Below, piece by piece: positions 49,793-62,866 of a stretch of DNA of 64,000 bases. A program made the translations under genes and the position numbers. Each line of letters opens with the position of its first letter. Position 1 is the stretch's first letter. Under the pieces are notes generated by a model. The model had not been told where the DNA came from, did no database searches, and worked only from the letters and a program-made list of their open reading frames with translations. Source of the stretch: Chiloscyllium plagiosum. Taxonomy: Eukaryota. Location: NCBI RefSeq assembly GCF_004010195.1, contig NC_057718.1, positions 60,072,137 to 60,136,136 on the forward strand. Direction: 5' to 3'.

Positions 49793-50322
49793 CAGATAAT
49801 TTTTGAATAATGCACGTTCTGGCAGTGCGATTTGGCTATAATGATACTGAAGACTTAGGAAACAATGTTTCAGAGAATGCTTACTTCAATTCGCATTAGC
49901 GTGATTCTAGCCTGGATCAGTTTGTATGCTTCGATCTGTGCATGAGCTGACACCTATGCCAAAATCTCCACAGCATTCTGTGCATGCATGATGTCAGCGC
50001 TAACCTTCATGCCATTTTATGGATGTGCCAATGTTAGCTGCAAACAGAGCAGCTTTCTGTGGGAGGTATTGTACAGAGAGGAGCTTTCTTACACTTTTTA
50101 AATGTGCTGTGTTAAATTTATTTTTGTTTAATTCATAAACTTTCATTCAGCCATACTTTGTGTGAGGCTTTTGGGTGATTTTTGAGTGATAGTGATTAAT
50201 ATTTTTTGTTGGTCTGACTCTAACCCCACTTTTCCCATAGGCCTCATTATTTATATAAGGCGATTTTTTATTAAGCGAGGTTTCACTGGAACCCAACCAC
50301 AGCATTATAAAAGAACTATGTG
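49793..50322. mobile_element. Tigger/pogo-like non-autonomous DNA transposon with TA TSD
   Basis: TIRs cagataatttttgaataatgc versus cacatagttcttttataatgc (16/21); TA at 49791-49792 and 50323-50324; interrupts a CR1 cleanly. Confidence 0.75.
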
Positions 50323-50653
50323 TATAAAATTTGGTTAGTCATATTGCAGCTGTATAGAACTTCTGTTAAGCCACATTTAGAATATTGCATTCAGTTCTGA
50401 CTGCCACACAACCAAAAGGATCTGGAGGTTTTGGAGAGAGTACAGAAAAGGTTTGCCAGGATGTTGCCTGGTTTGGAGAGGGTTAGTTATGAGGAGAGAT
50501 TGGACAAACTTGGGTTTGCTTTCACTTGAAATTCAGAACCTGAGCTGTGACCTGATAGAGGTTTACAAAATTATGAGAGGCAGGGATAGAGCGGATAGTT
50601 GGAGTCTTTTTTCTAGGGTAGAAATGTCAATTATTAGGGGGCATAGGTTTAAG

Positions 50654-51452
50654 CTAGATAAATGTAAAGTGCTGCATTTTGGGAAAGCAAATCTTAAAAG
50701 GACTTATACACTTAATGGTAAGGTCCTAAGGATTGTTGCTGAACAAAGAGACCTTGGAGTGCAGGTTCATAACTCCTTGAAAGTGGAGTCGCAGGTAGAT
50801 AGGATAGTGAAGAAGGTGTTTGATATGCTTTCCTTTATTGGTCAGAGTATTAAGTACAGAAGTTGGGAGGTCATGTTATGGCTGTACAGGACATTGGTTA
50901 GACCACTTTTGGAATATTGTGTGCAATTCTGGTCTCCTTTCTATCGAAAGGATGTTGTGAAACTTGAAAGGGTTCAGAAAAGATTTGCAAGGTTATTGCC
51001 AGGGTTGGAGGATTAAAGCTATAGGGAGAGGTTGAATAGGCTGGGGCTGTTTTCCCTAGAGCGTGGGAGGCTGAGGGGTGACCTTATAGAGGTTTATAAA
51101 ATCATGAGGAGCATGGATAGGATAAATAAAGTCTTTTCCCTGGGTGGGGGAGTCCAGATCTAGAAGGTATAGGTTTAGGGTGAGAGGGGAAAGATATAAA
51201 AGAGATTTTAGGGGCAACTTTTTCACACAGAGGGTGGTATGTTTAAGGAATAGGCTGCCAGAGGAAATGGTGGAGGCTGGTACAATTGCAACATTTAAAA
51301 GGCATCTGGATGGGTATATGAATAGGAAGGGTTTGGAGGGATATGGGCCGGGTGCTGGCAGGTGGGACTAGATTGGGTTGGGATATCTGGTTAGCATGGA
51401 CGGGTTGGATTGAAAGGTCTGTTTCCATGCTGTACATCACTATGACTCTACG
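50654..51452 (+). mobile_element. Younger CR1 (HER1-type) nested in the older CR1
   Basis: DKCKVLHFG, RDLGVQV, LVRPLLEYCVQFWSP, FKRHLDGYMNRKG, tail ctatgactcta. Confidence 0.9.
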
Positions 51453-53129
51453 AACGGACGAAAGTTTAAAGGAAATGTGAGTTGCAAGTGTTTTTACACA
51501 GAGCGTGGTAAGTGCATCGCCAGAAAAGGTGGTAGAAGCAGATACAATAGCAACATTTAAAAGGCGTCTTGATGGAAGCATGAATAGGCAGGGAATAGAG
51601 GGATCTGGACTGTGGAGAGGCAAAGGGTTTTTAGTTTACATAGGTGTCATATGTTTGGCGGAGGCTTGGTGGGCCAAAGGGCCTACTGCTTTGCTGTACT
51701 GTCCTTTGTTCTTTGGAAGCAAAATGCAAATGTTAAGTGCCACGATCTAGCAGATGGGTAGATTAGTAAAGAAATCTTTGTTTTAGAAGTGATTTAATTT
51801 ATTTGTAAGATTTAATGAAATGACTCCTGTGTGATACTGATTTGATTGAACCTGGCAAGAACAAAACTGCTTGATTTAGCTGCAGCTCCATCATTAGGCA
51901 GGCCACATAGCAAAGAAAAAGATTTGACACAGATTGTCAGCACTGAGCCCTTTGGCTCCTATTTCTGATGTTATTCTACAGATACCCAGTAAATTTCTTT
52001 TCAATACATGAATTAGGTCATCTCTTCAAGAAAATGTAGTTTTCTATGAAATTTTACATTTTAAACAATTCGCTTTAATTGAATGACTCCCTACGGAACT
52101 TCTATGGGAACTGTATTGTGGAAGAAAATGAAAAAGGAAAGTAAACAACTGTGAGAAAAATAATGCAAAGTATTGAAATAAATTGATGGTGTGGGATTCC
52201 ACATCAAAAGACTCAAAAATATTCTCCTCCTTCTTCCACTTAATGGAACTCCAAAATAAGGAAAGAATATGGAAAAAAAAGTAACGTCGCTTAGCTGCTG
52301 TTTACTTCGGTCATGCTGTAGATTACGGGGTCTAGCATTTAAACTTTAGGTATTCTCTGAATCTGAGCTTTTCTGATAGATACTTTAGAAATTGTTTGAT
52401 GGATACCCATCAATGTCTACGGCAAATGCTCCAAGCTATTGAATGATGCTACAAACTAAAAGAACGTTTTAAGGTTTGAAAGAATTGCTAGTCTTCTTTT
52501 GATCTATCTTTCATGAATCAACCAAATTTAGAGCAGGATTCACTCTAGGGGCAGCATGTTCATTGATCTTCACTCTACCTAAAATTGCCTCTATTCACAC
52601 ACACATTTCAAGAGGTGATGAATAGACAGAGGGAATTGAATATAACTAGTTTATTTCAGTAAAAAGGAATCCAATTTCATTAGATTCAGAATGAAAGGGG
52701 TTAACCTTTAATGAATTCTTCAATTAACACCCAACTTCCTGATGTTCAGATTGGCAAGTGTGGGAGCTGTTATGTTGTTTTCTAAATGATATCCTCAAAA
52801 AGGTCTTGATCTTCATTTATCCAGCTGATTAAATTCCTGCTCAGAGACATATTACATTGTGTGAAAAGTGCAGTCAAGCAGTCTTCTTGAAGATTCACTC
52901 ATTTATAAGACAGTTACTTTCTCATTACAGAATTATTTCAGTTTCGATCTGTGCTTCATGCATTCACTGTTTTACTTAAGTTATTAAGCACACTAATAAG
53001 GTGTATTGCAGGGTAAGGAAACAGTGTGATTTTTTTTTGTTGATCAGTCTAAGGATTTAGCCTAAAGTCTGCGATCAGACTTTTTGTTTTATATTACAAG
53101 TTAACTTCTCACGTATTTTAGTCCATGTT

Positions 53130-53320
53130 GAATTGACTGAACTGGATGACTTAGTAGGCCCATTCAGGGGGCAGTTTAGAATCAACCACATTGCTATAAG
53201 TCTGGAGTCCCTTGTAGGGCAGACCAGGTAAAGGAATGCAGTTTTCCCTGCTTTACTGAACCAGATGGGTTTTGACAACCATCAACGGTAGTTTCATTGC
53301 ACCATGAATGATATTACATC
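53130..53320 (-). mobile_element. Fragment of the family Z-tailed SINE
   Basis: ccattcagggggcagtttagaatcaaccacattg...tctggagtc is the reverse complement homologue of 17150-17300. Confidence 0.55.
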
Positions 53321-54884
53321 AATTCATGTAACATGTAATTAGTATTTTTTATCAGTGCTATTTTAACATCAGGCACGCAGCTGGGTGAAATGATCATTCA
53401 AACTGAATTTAATGAAAAGACGGTTAAGACTGAAATTGCACATACGTATGTGATAAATGGCATTGTGAAAAAGAGGGGCATTTTCTACACCATTACCTAA
53501 AATTTTAGGCACATTTATTTCCTCAAGGTCTTGAACTTAAGACAATTGCAAAGATATGAAGATAGAAGATGACTGAAAAAGAGTATGAAAATAGATTATA
53601 AGATAAAATGATAGATAACCAATGCTAGACATTCAAGATATATTTCATAACTTCCAGTAAAGTTTTATTCTATGAGGAAAGAAGGATTCCACAACATTGA
53701 TGGACTGTGAATGCAAATGTCTATTGCTTCCTTGTGTAGTATATTGGTCAAATGAGGACATGGGCATGGCATTCCAATTGATAGCAAGCCCTGTATAATC
53801 TTTGCACAGCAGCAGTGTATCATGTCAATCTAGATCTGTCACAGTTGAGAAAATCAGTATTCATTGAGCTTATGAACTCTGTGACTTATGCTATTGACTT
53901 CTGTTTTAATATCACATACACCTGAATAGATGGTGTTGTCATGGGAACCTGCTCGGCCCAGCTCTTGCAAACATCTTTCTTGGGTACCATGACAAACCTG
54001 TTTTCAAGAACATGACACTTAACCTCCTTCAGCTTGCATTTTTCTGATATGTAGTTGATACATTTGTTGTATTTGAAGCTGCAGCTGTATGTGAGAATTT
54101 CCTGAGACATGTTAATTGGCTATATCCTGTACTCAGATTCATCTTTAAAATGAACCAGTCAAATAAGCTCCCTTCCTTGATGTGCCGGTTGAAAATCTGC
54201 CAAAGGTTCTCCATACTGTCTACTGCAATTCTACCTTCACTGGGCAAGATATATATTAGGATTCATGTAGATCCACTCACCTTAACATTTACCTATTGGC
54301 AATACCGTAAATAGGATTTGAGCCATTTGTTCACTGTGCAAGGTTGATGCTGAACTCGGATGCAATATACATTCCTGCAAAATCATGCCTACCCTGAACA
54401 AATCATTCTTTCCTATCTACCTTGCAAACTCATGAACAGGCCTAAGGCTGCCATTTACAGTTCTGAAAAGTGGCCAGTCAGATCCAGATACTCCAGAAGG
54501 ATAAGCTATCTGAATCATTAGGACAACAGGTAAAGCTAGCTGTTTCATGCTACTATGATACTACAATTTTCATGAACAGGATACTACCATCAAGCCAAAC
54601 TGATGTCTGCTTATCACACAAATGACTGATATGCAATATGAATTTCACTGCTGGTGTAATGCTAGGTATGTAGAGCGCACAACCCAAAGTCTGACTGATG
54701 ATGTTAGACAGCATGTTTCTTGAACGATTTGCAACAGGTAAGGCACTGAACCCAACAAATTTGTACTTACAAAACTCTAAACACAGTATCCAGCATTAGA
54801 TATGATTCTGCAGTTGGGCAACATTTACTAAATAATTCTATTTATGTTAAGAATTACACTGCTCACCAATTTAAGATTTCAGTC

Positions 54885-55213
54885 TGGCACCGTGCCGCTC
54901 AGTGGTTAGCACTGATGCCTCACAGTACCAGGGTCCCAGATTCAATTCCAGCCTCGGGCGACTGTCTATATGGAGTTTTCACATTCTCCCCGTGTCTGCG
55001 TGGGTTTCCCCTGGGTGCTCAGGTTTCCTCCCACAGTCCAAAGACGTGCAGGTCAGGTGAATTGGTCATGCTAAATTGCCCATAGTGTTAGGTGCATTAG
55101 TCAGAGGGAAATGGTTCTGGGTGGGTTACTCTTTGGAGGGTCGGTGTGGACTGGTTGGGCTGAAGGGCCTGTTTCCACACTGTAGGGAATCTAATATAAT
55201 CTAATCTAATCTA
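54885..55213 (+). mobile_element. HE1-type V-SINE
   Basis: Head, V-domain, tail (taatc)n; same subtype as 23772-24086. Confidence 0.92.
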
Positions 55214-55639
55214 CAGTATGGTGCATTTGCACATACAGGAAGCTATGCATAGTAATACATAGGAACCTGGCTTTTACAGACAGAAATAACATGTGCGCAC
55301 ACTGCAATTTTCAAATGAACAAAATAATCAATTGCCATTTCTTGGTTCATGCATCAGAACAATGCTGTGTTTAATAGGAGTTAACTTTTGGTTTAAATTT
55401 TAAAATATCTTGACAGCTATCATCAGTTAGTAATCATTTAACTGATCCATTCTTTGCAGCAATACTTCTGTCAATCAGAGGCCATTTGACAACCAATCAG
55501 CTTTCTTTTCTAATGCCGGGTGATGTATGTGTTTTCCTTCACACTGGTATTTTTGTGAAGTGTCCTCTTGAGTGCAAGACAAAAAAATTCAACCAATTGT
55601 AACTTTTTTCAAGAACACTGAACTTTTTTTCGAGTACTT

Positions 55640-56190
55640 AAAGGATGTTAAGAAGTAGTGTGGATAAAAAGGAACCAGTAAATACGGTCAACTTTAATTT
55701 CCAAAAGGTGCAACATAAAGATTAGTGAGAAGACAATATTTTGAAGCAATATATTTGTACTGATAGAGTATTGGCAAACCAGCATAAAACTGAGCATCAA
55801 GACAAATTGATCATTTTCAGGTTCACAAACTATAACAAGTGGATTATTGCCACAAGGATCAGAGCTGGGGCCTCAACTCTTGACAATGGTTTCCCTCACA
55901 AAGAAAAAGCAGTTTCAGATTAAGGGTCTACTATTAAAGATGGAAATGGAAAGTAGTTTTCCCACTCAAAACATTTTGATCTTTGGAATTTTATGGGTGG
56001 AGAGCAGTGTCATTGAAGTCTGAGTTATATAGATTCTTTGATCTACAAGGGAGTCAAAGATAATGGATGGTGCAGACAGGGAAGTGGTATTGAGAACACA
56101 GTCCAATCAGCCATGGTCTTATTGAATGTTGGGCCAGGCTCTCAAGGGATAGAATGGCTTGATCTAGCTCTTATTTCTTATGTTCTTTTG
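55640..56190 (+). mobile_element. Highly decayed, deleted CR1
   Basis: gtggataaaaaggaaccagta...ttccaaaagg; ccacaaggatcagagctggggcctcaact; cagccatggtcttattgaatg. Confidence 0.6.
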
Positions 56191-56734
56191 TCCTTATGAA
56201 TGTAAACAGCTTTGAATCTTGGTTTTCTGTTAAATCATAAGATGAAAATAAGTCAGTAAAGCCATTCGGTTCACTTTAACTGATGATCTAAGCAAAATAG
56301 CGTACAGCCTCCAGCTTGATAGATTGTAATGTTTTAAATGCCTCTCAGCTTTCTCCTCAAATGAAGAGAAAAAGAAAATGAATTGAAGAACTCAGCACAC
56401 ACATGACAGTTATTTATTATCATCATACATTTGTGTAAAAAAAACTTTTCAAAGAATGGGAAAATGAAAGATACAGTAAATGAAAAAGTGTTCTGAAGAG
56501 CATGAAATACAGATTGAAGCAAATACATAGACATTGCTTCTATCACATGATTCAGACATAAGATAATTTCCAAGCTCCATTATCATAGTGTTTGAGGAAT
56601 TGCCATCAGGTGGAATGGTAATAATTCTGTAGGATTGCTAGGTGGGAGTTTCTGTGATGTGGGTGAAGGTACAATGGATCAAGGGACAAATCAAGCCACA
56701 GAAGAAAAGTTGAAGATAATGTCTATTTTTTTTG

Positions 56735-57084
56735 TAGAATCCCTACAGTGTAGAAACAGGACATTTGGCCCAACAATTCCATACTGACCCTCTCAAGAGT
56801 AACCCATCCAGAACAACTCCCCTCCCCTATTACTCTCAATTTACCCCTGAATTACGCACCTCAGCTACACATCCCTGAACACTATGGACAATTCAGCATA
56901 GCCAATTCACCTAAACTGCACATCTTTGGACTGTGGGAGGAAACCACAGCATCCAGAGGAAACCCATGCAGGCGCAGGAAGAATGTACAATCTCCACACA
57001 GAGAGATGCCCAAGGCTGGAATCGAACCTTGGTACCTGGTGCTGTGAGGCAGCAGTGCTAACCACAGAACCACCGTGCCACTCC
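56735..57084 (-). mobile_element. HE1-type V-SINE
   Basis: Head tggcacggtggttctgtggttagcac, B box ggttcgattcc, V-domain, tail. Confidence 0.9.
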
Positions 57085-58233
57085 ACAGAATCTTGCACAG
57101 ATTACCTTTGGGTTCATAAGGAAATACATTAACAAAGAACACTGACCCTTCCACCCTCATTGGTTATTGTGTTTTGTCAGTGAATATTTGAGCTGATGAA
57201 CTTTGCTATATTTAAATCCCAGTTTGTATGGGATTGTTGTTGTCAAGTAGTGTTACAGCAGAGGTGTGACAAAATAGCCTTTCCATTACTTATTCACAGG
57301 AGGGGCAAAACTGTATTAAGTTCTAATTCCAATTATTAGCCAGAGACCCCGAATGGAATTGTAGACAAGAAGGTGTTGAGGGGGAACAGACTGAGTTAAG
57401 CTGTTCTAACGTCTACTTGATGTCAGGCACTGACATGGTTCACATCTGCATATTGGCACGATTGTAATAAAGCAAAGGGTGTTTGCCACTTGAGAATGTA
57501 CCTGAACAACGAATGAATGCCTTCAGAGGTAGAAAGAATTGAAGAAAACTGATGAGAAAGAACAAAATCAGAAAATAATAAATTATGAAATAAAAGCACC
57601 CATCTTTTGCAATACAAAATCAAAGAAATTGAGCAGTAGAATAATAGAATGTTGCGAGGTCCAGAGAGGAAAACATTGGTTATGAATCAAAGTATAAATT
57701 GCAATTTAGAGCTGGATGCATGAGTTATTCTTAACTGAGTAATGCAATCATAAACTATGTTTAGAAGGTTTAATGCTTTCTGCCAGTGGGTGTAATGGGG
57801 TTTTATATTTGAATCAAATTAAACTGCTGAACCAACCTTGAGCTATCCAATGTGAACTTACACTTTGATATAAAAATGAACAGAAGTGCTTGATCATACA
57901 TACTTTTCTTTTCTAGATAAAGCTTACTGGAATGAAATTCAATAATGAGAAAGGTGATAATGATTCATACAATGCCCAAGGAATTCCTCAGAGCTTGCCT
58001 TGGTCTGCTGATGTTCCTTCATTGAAAGTGACATGGAAAGTATGAGTACACAGATCAACATCACACATCTGGCAGAGAAACACCACAAGTGGGCCACTTC
58101 AAAGAATTGTCCAGTCAACATTGTCTAGTTAGACTAATTAGAAATTGAGTCTGACTGCTTTAAATATAAAGTGCCACTTTTTTGTGAATTCTAATTACAT
58201 TTAAAAGAAAATCTACTTTCACTGTATAGTGAT

Positions 58234-58430
58234 TGTAATGAGGTCAGCCAACTCATAGAATATGAGTTCCATGATTGGAGCTGTTAACTGGACCGATTTA
58301 GGGAGCCCTGGCTGACAGATATAAACAGGAGTCAGACATTCTGTTCACTCTCAGAACTGGCTCTGAGGGAGCTGGAATAGTGGTCAACTATGATGCACGT
58401 ATAAATAAACGTGACTTGGTGATGGGAGTG
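58234..58430 (+). mobile_element. Probable truncated solo LTR
   Basis: Starts TGTAATG, then TATAAA near 58320 and AATAAA near 58404 in LTR order; no clear CA end or TSD. Confidence 0.45.
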
Positions 58431-58489
58431 GGATTAATGATGTAATCATGCAAAAGTGCCTACTAGCTGAAGTCCAACTGGACTTCAAG

Positions 58490-58595
58490 CTGTACCTTGC
58501 CCCTAACACTATGGGCTCTTATCTTATTTAGCAGCCTCCAATGCAGCACCTTGTCAAAGACCTTTGAAGATACAAATAGATCACATCCACTGGCG
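58490..58595 (-). mobile_element. CR1 RT fragment
   Basis: PVDVIYL...FDKVLHWRLLNKIRAH. Confidence 0.7.
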
Positions 58596-59559
58596 AACAG
58601 TAACATTCCCTAAGATAGCACCGTAAGATTATATGGCACTAAGGAGAGTTAATCTTTGTAGTTTGATTCTTATAGCTGCAGTTATAATGACAGTTCTTTC
58701 TTGCTTCCCTTCCACTAAATGTACTGTGAAGAGCAGTTTTTGGCTGGCATGTTTGACCTGGTCAATGCTTTAAATATAGCACTGGTGCCAGGAATCCTGA
58801 AAACTCCTAATAGTGACAATGTGCCGAACAGATGATGACATAAGCAAGGTATCAGAGAGAAGTGTGAACACACACGGAGACCCTATAGAGCAGAGAAGTT
58901 GGGAAGACGTAGTCTCACATTTGTGCAATACGTAAAGTCTGCTTGCAGCTATGTGAGGCCATTTACTGAATTCAGAATGAAATATACATTTTTATTTGAA
59001 ATACCCTTGTTAAGTAATATTTGAATTATGTTAATGACGGTTGGTTTGATTGAGCGAAAACTTTAAAGAGTGAAATCTTCTCCACTGGTTTTCTTCCCTG
59101 TGGGTTTTTTTTCTTTTAAACATTATCCAAAACAACACAGGTCAGAAAAACTGCCTAATGCTGTCTGATTCATTATCTAACATTCAGGACGAGATAAGTA
59201 AAAATTTCCTCTAACTAAATATCAGAATGACTAAAACCATTGTCTTGGTGAAGTGCTGCAAACTCAGGTCGCCAACTCCACCTGGCTCCCTGAAAATTGT
59301 CTGAGGCTAAAATCATACTTTTCGCAAGTTTGGTACTATATTTGACCTCTAAATGAGTTTCTGTTCATAAATTTGCTCACTTACTAAGAGCATTTATTAT
59401 CACCTTTCTGAAATAAATTAAAATGATCCCTGCCTTGTTCCTTCCATTGATGAAGCTATTATTTGTGACTTTGTTAACTCTAAACTTAACCATTCCAGTC
59501 AATTTTTGGCGTACCTTCCATAATTTACCCTTCAATTTGAAGAAGAGACAGGTGGTATC

Positions 59560-60378
59560 CATGGTGTCCTGGCTACTATTTACCCCTCAAGCAACATCAC
59601 CACAACGGATTATCTGGTCAAAATCACACAGTGTAGAAATGGATTAAGAATAGCTACAAGACTGTGAGACTGCGAGAACTAAATAAATTCAACAAAAGTT
59701 CAACAAAACTTGGTCTGACAAAACAATAGGTCTTTATTAACAAGGAAACTGCATGCAGAGTGGCTGAACTTGGAAAAAGAGAGAGAGCTGACCACAGCTC
59801 TGAGTTTCTTTCACAAGTCCATGCTTACAGAGATGAAAGCAGGAATCTTTATACTTAAAGTTTATCAATAACTATCACTAGAGGCTAGTCATCCATTAAA
59901 CTGACACATTGAGTTATGATCTGTACTATTACTTCTGAGGTTTATCGTATTGACTTCCCAAAACCTTGTGCCACATATGCAAGCTCATAGCCTCGTCCTT
60001 TTTGGGGGCTCAGACGATTTTGTGGGATGTCCTTATTTAGGCTTTAATTAATATCCCAGAATGTGTGTGGAGCCAGCTGATCAAACTCTGCCGAGGTCTA
60101 CCAAGGTTAAAGAATTTAAGTGGACTTAGCCTACGTCAAATCCTGCTGAGGTTACCAATGCTTTGACTTTTGTTAACTTGTGTCATGTTACAACCAAGGG
60201 TTGGCCAGTTTTCCCATCATGCAACTATCTGTTTCATACAATTCTGCAATAGCTATTTTCGGGAGTTTGTTGTACACAAATTGGTTGCCATGTTTCCTTC
60301 AGTGTACTTCCTTGTCTATGAAAGTCTTGGAGAAATCCAATGAAATCTGCTGTGTCAGTGCCAGTCTTTCTTTATTTC
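59560..60378 (+). mobile_element. DeuSINE 3' half split by a solo LTR (59560-59631 and 60249-60378)
   Basis: ggtgtcctggc.actatttacccctcaagcaacatcac...gattatctggtca continues as gggagtttgttgtacacaaattggttgcc after the LTR. Confidence 0.7.
59632..60248 (-). mobile_element. Solo LTR, 617 bp
   Basis: Ends TGTAGAA...TTCTGCA, flanks ACAG/ATAG, minus-strand TATAAA (about 59850) upstream of AATAAA (about 59735); interrupts a DeuSINE. Confidence 0.7.
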
Positions 60379-60379
60379 A

Positions 60380-60855
60380 TAAACTTGAGGTCATCAAAAA
60401 CTCCATTGGCCATGTCCTAAATCACACCAAAACCAAGACATTGATCAGCCCTGTGCCAAATGGACGTACACTCGTTCTCAGTTAAGTAACACTGTCAATT
60501 TAATATGTTTAAGCTTACTTTCAGTTCCATCCACGGTCTTGGTCCTCCTGATTTATGTGATCTCCATTAGCCTTACAGTGGAATGAAATTTTGCCCCTTC
60601 CAGTTTTGACTTCTTGAATGTTCCCAATTTTAATCACTGACAACTGGATATACTTTAAACTGACTTTGCTGAACCTCTCCACCACTCTTCCTTTCTTGTG
60701 GTCTTAAAGCCACTCCTTAAAATATGTCTCCAACTAAGCTTTTGTTTCATGGGCCCTAATGTTTCCTTATAAAGCTCAATATCAACTTAAATTCAATGAA
60801 GCACTTGGGACACTTTATGTAGCACCTTTAACATGATAAATACTAGCTGTTGTTA
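60380..60855 (+). mobile_element. L2 LINE 3' end
   Basis: KLEVIKNSIGHVLNHTKTKTLISPV and FSSIHGLGPPDLCDL resemble L2 C-terminal motifs; tail gcacttgggacac...tgttgtt. Confidence 0.65.
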
Positions 60856-61252
60856 CTGCTGAGGCCTAAAACATATTTCTGCTGTCATTCTTGAAAGGCA
60901 AGGATTGCTTAGAAAGAATGGAATTTGGTTAAAGAACATTTTAAAATGTGTATGTAACAGCCAGGTAGGTAATCTGAAAAGAAGCAAGACATTTACTTTG
61001 TTTTTGAGATCATCGTTAAAGGTAACTATGGAGATACAGTGAAACTAAATTCTGTGGCACGAAGCCATTGGATGCATCATTGCACACTCAATTCTCCACA
61101 CAGTCAGTTGCCACTTTAGTAAGCAAATGGAAGGCACATCTATTAGCCAAATTAATTGGGGAAAAGAAACACACACAGGGTGAGAACATTTTCAAGAATG
61201 CTTTTATTGATGGCAGCAAGCTTACACCAACACCACATCATTGAGACACAGA

Positions 61253-61470
61253 CTCATAGAATCTTACAGTGTAGAAACAGGTCCTTCGGCCCACATGCCA
61301 ATGCCAATCAACAAACACCAAACTACACAAATTCTATTTATATGCACTTGGTCCATAGCCCATTATCCCTGGCATTTAAAGATTTTTCTTAAATATGATA
61401 AGAGTACATGCCTTCACCACATTCTCAGCCAGCACATTCCATATTTTGACAACCCTCCACATGAAAACAT
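61253..61470 (-). mobile_element. CR1 3' end fragment
   Basis: catagaatcttacagtgtagaaacaggtccttcggccca; gccttcaccac...gcacattccata. Confidence 0.65.
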
Positions 61471-61479
61471 TTTGAGAAG

Positions 61480-61645
61480 AGAGTGGCCATGCCATCACCA
61501 ATAGGTCTTCCTGTTTTCTGCCACTGCAGATCTTATTAATAGTGTGAACAGCTCACTAAACGTGCTATCCACGATACCCTCAGCTTTATGGATGCTTCAT
61601 AGTGAGTTCATCTGCTGCTCCAGGCACAGGTCGATCAGGAGGTGT
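61480..61645 (-). pseudogene. PIF/Harbinger transposase N-terminal fragment, heavily frameshifted
   Basis: Pieces QMNSL, LRVS, SELFTLL, DLQ in the expected order. Confidence 0.4.
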
Positions 61646-62866
61646 AGCTGAATATGCTTCCTATATACATGGACACTGGACACATGGTTATCATGGACAC
61701 TGGAAAGGTTCCTAATTTCCCACAGATTGCCAAAGGACCACTCCATGGGGCCCAAGTTCCCCTAACATGACGAACCTTACCAACTCCAAACAATATTATA
61801 GGAACAAGTTGCCCAATCTTAGCCACTGTTCACTAAATCAGATTTCTTACTCTCACTCTCTCTCTCTATTCCTTACAAACAACAAACTACAAAAATCAGG
61901 ACTTTTCACAGTTTCCCGACTGGTACAATTTTCTCAGCTGTTAGAATCTGGTTCCCTAGCAGCAAATGTACTTGCCACACATCACTTTCTGAAACCTAAT
62001 GTTAGCTCTGGCCCTGGATTCACTGAAGACTCTCTCCATTTCTCTCCCTCTCCCACTCCGATCAATCCACTCCTCTCTGAGTGCTGCTCTGCCTGAGCTT
62101 TGCTATGACTTCAAAAGGAAGGCATCTCAGCCCATTGAGTCTCTGCCAGCTCTTTTTATTGGTCTGATTTCCCAGCATTTTTCCTCCATAATTCTGTGAT
62201 TATTTATTCAAGGATAATTTAAAGCTGTGTCCATCACCACCTAGGCAGTACATTCCAAATCTAGCCACCCATTGTGTCAAGAAGATTTTATTTCTACTGC
62301 TTCTGATTCCTTTATCCAATCACATTACATCCGTGCCCTCTGAATTTACCCTTGACCCACTGGAAAAACTTCTCTTTGTTCACCTTTCACCTTTTGGGCT
62401 TCTGTGATCTAAGCCAGACTATTATAAGGTTAGATCCACAACCTGCTGAGTGAACGGCAATAGACTTTACTGGATGTAACAATATACAGAAGATGGTGAG
62501 AGAGGACATCTTACCTGGAGCCGAAAAGGCCCAACCTCCGGTTTCATCAGATCTGGCATTACTTTTTTACACATGTAACGCAGATCAAATGTGTAATTTC
62601 CTTCACTTTAATTCCCATCCCCATTAAAGTTCTGCTGCTGTATTCTCTTTTTTGTCACCCTTCACTCTTAATATCTTCAAATCACTCTTCAAATCACTTT
62701 TCCACTTAAACCTCTTCCACACTCAAACAAGCCTCTTGTGCCTTGTGCATTGCCAGGAACTTGCAGTATAGATGCTGTGTGCCGTATTTAAACTTCAGCC
62801 ATGCATCAATTCCAATGCTGTCAGTCAGGAATGACACTCCAAGTCAGCTGCCACACCACGTTTTGA

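Larger units (their letters stand above)
49685..51715 (+). mobile_element. CR1 3' region in three pieces (49685-49792, 50323-50653, about 51460-51715)
   Basis: LGMQVH..LKV...KKAYGMLAFI rejoins across the MITE as gagTA|TAaaat; continues after the nested younger CR1 to EADTIATFKRRLD and tail. Confidence 0.82.

Noticed and set aside
53886..54247. Minus-strand ORFs as host exons
   Set aside because: Peptides unrecognised and splice donors weak.
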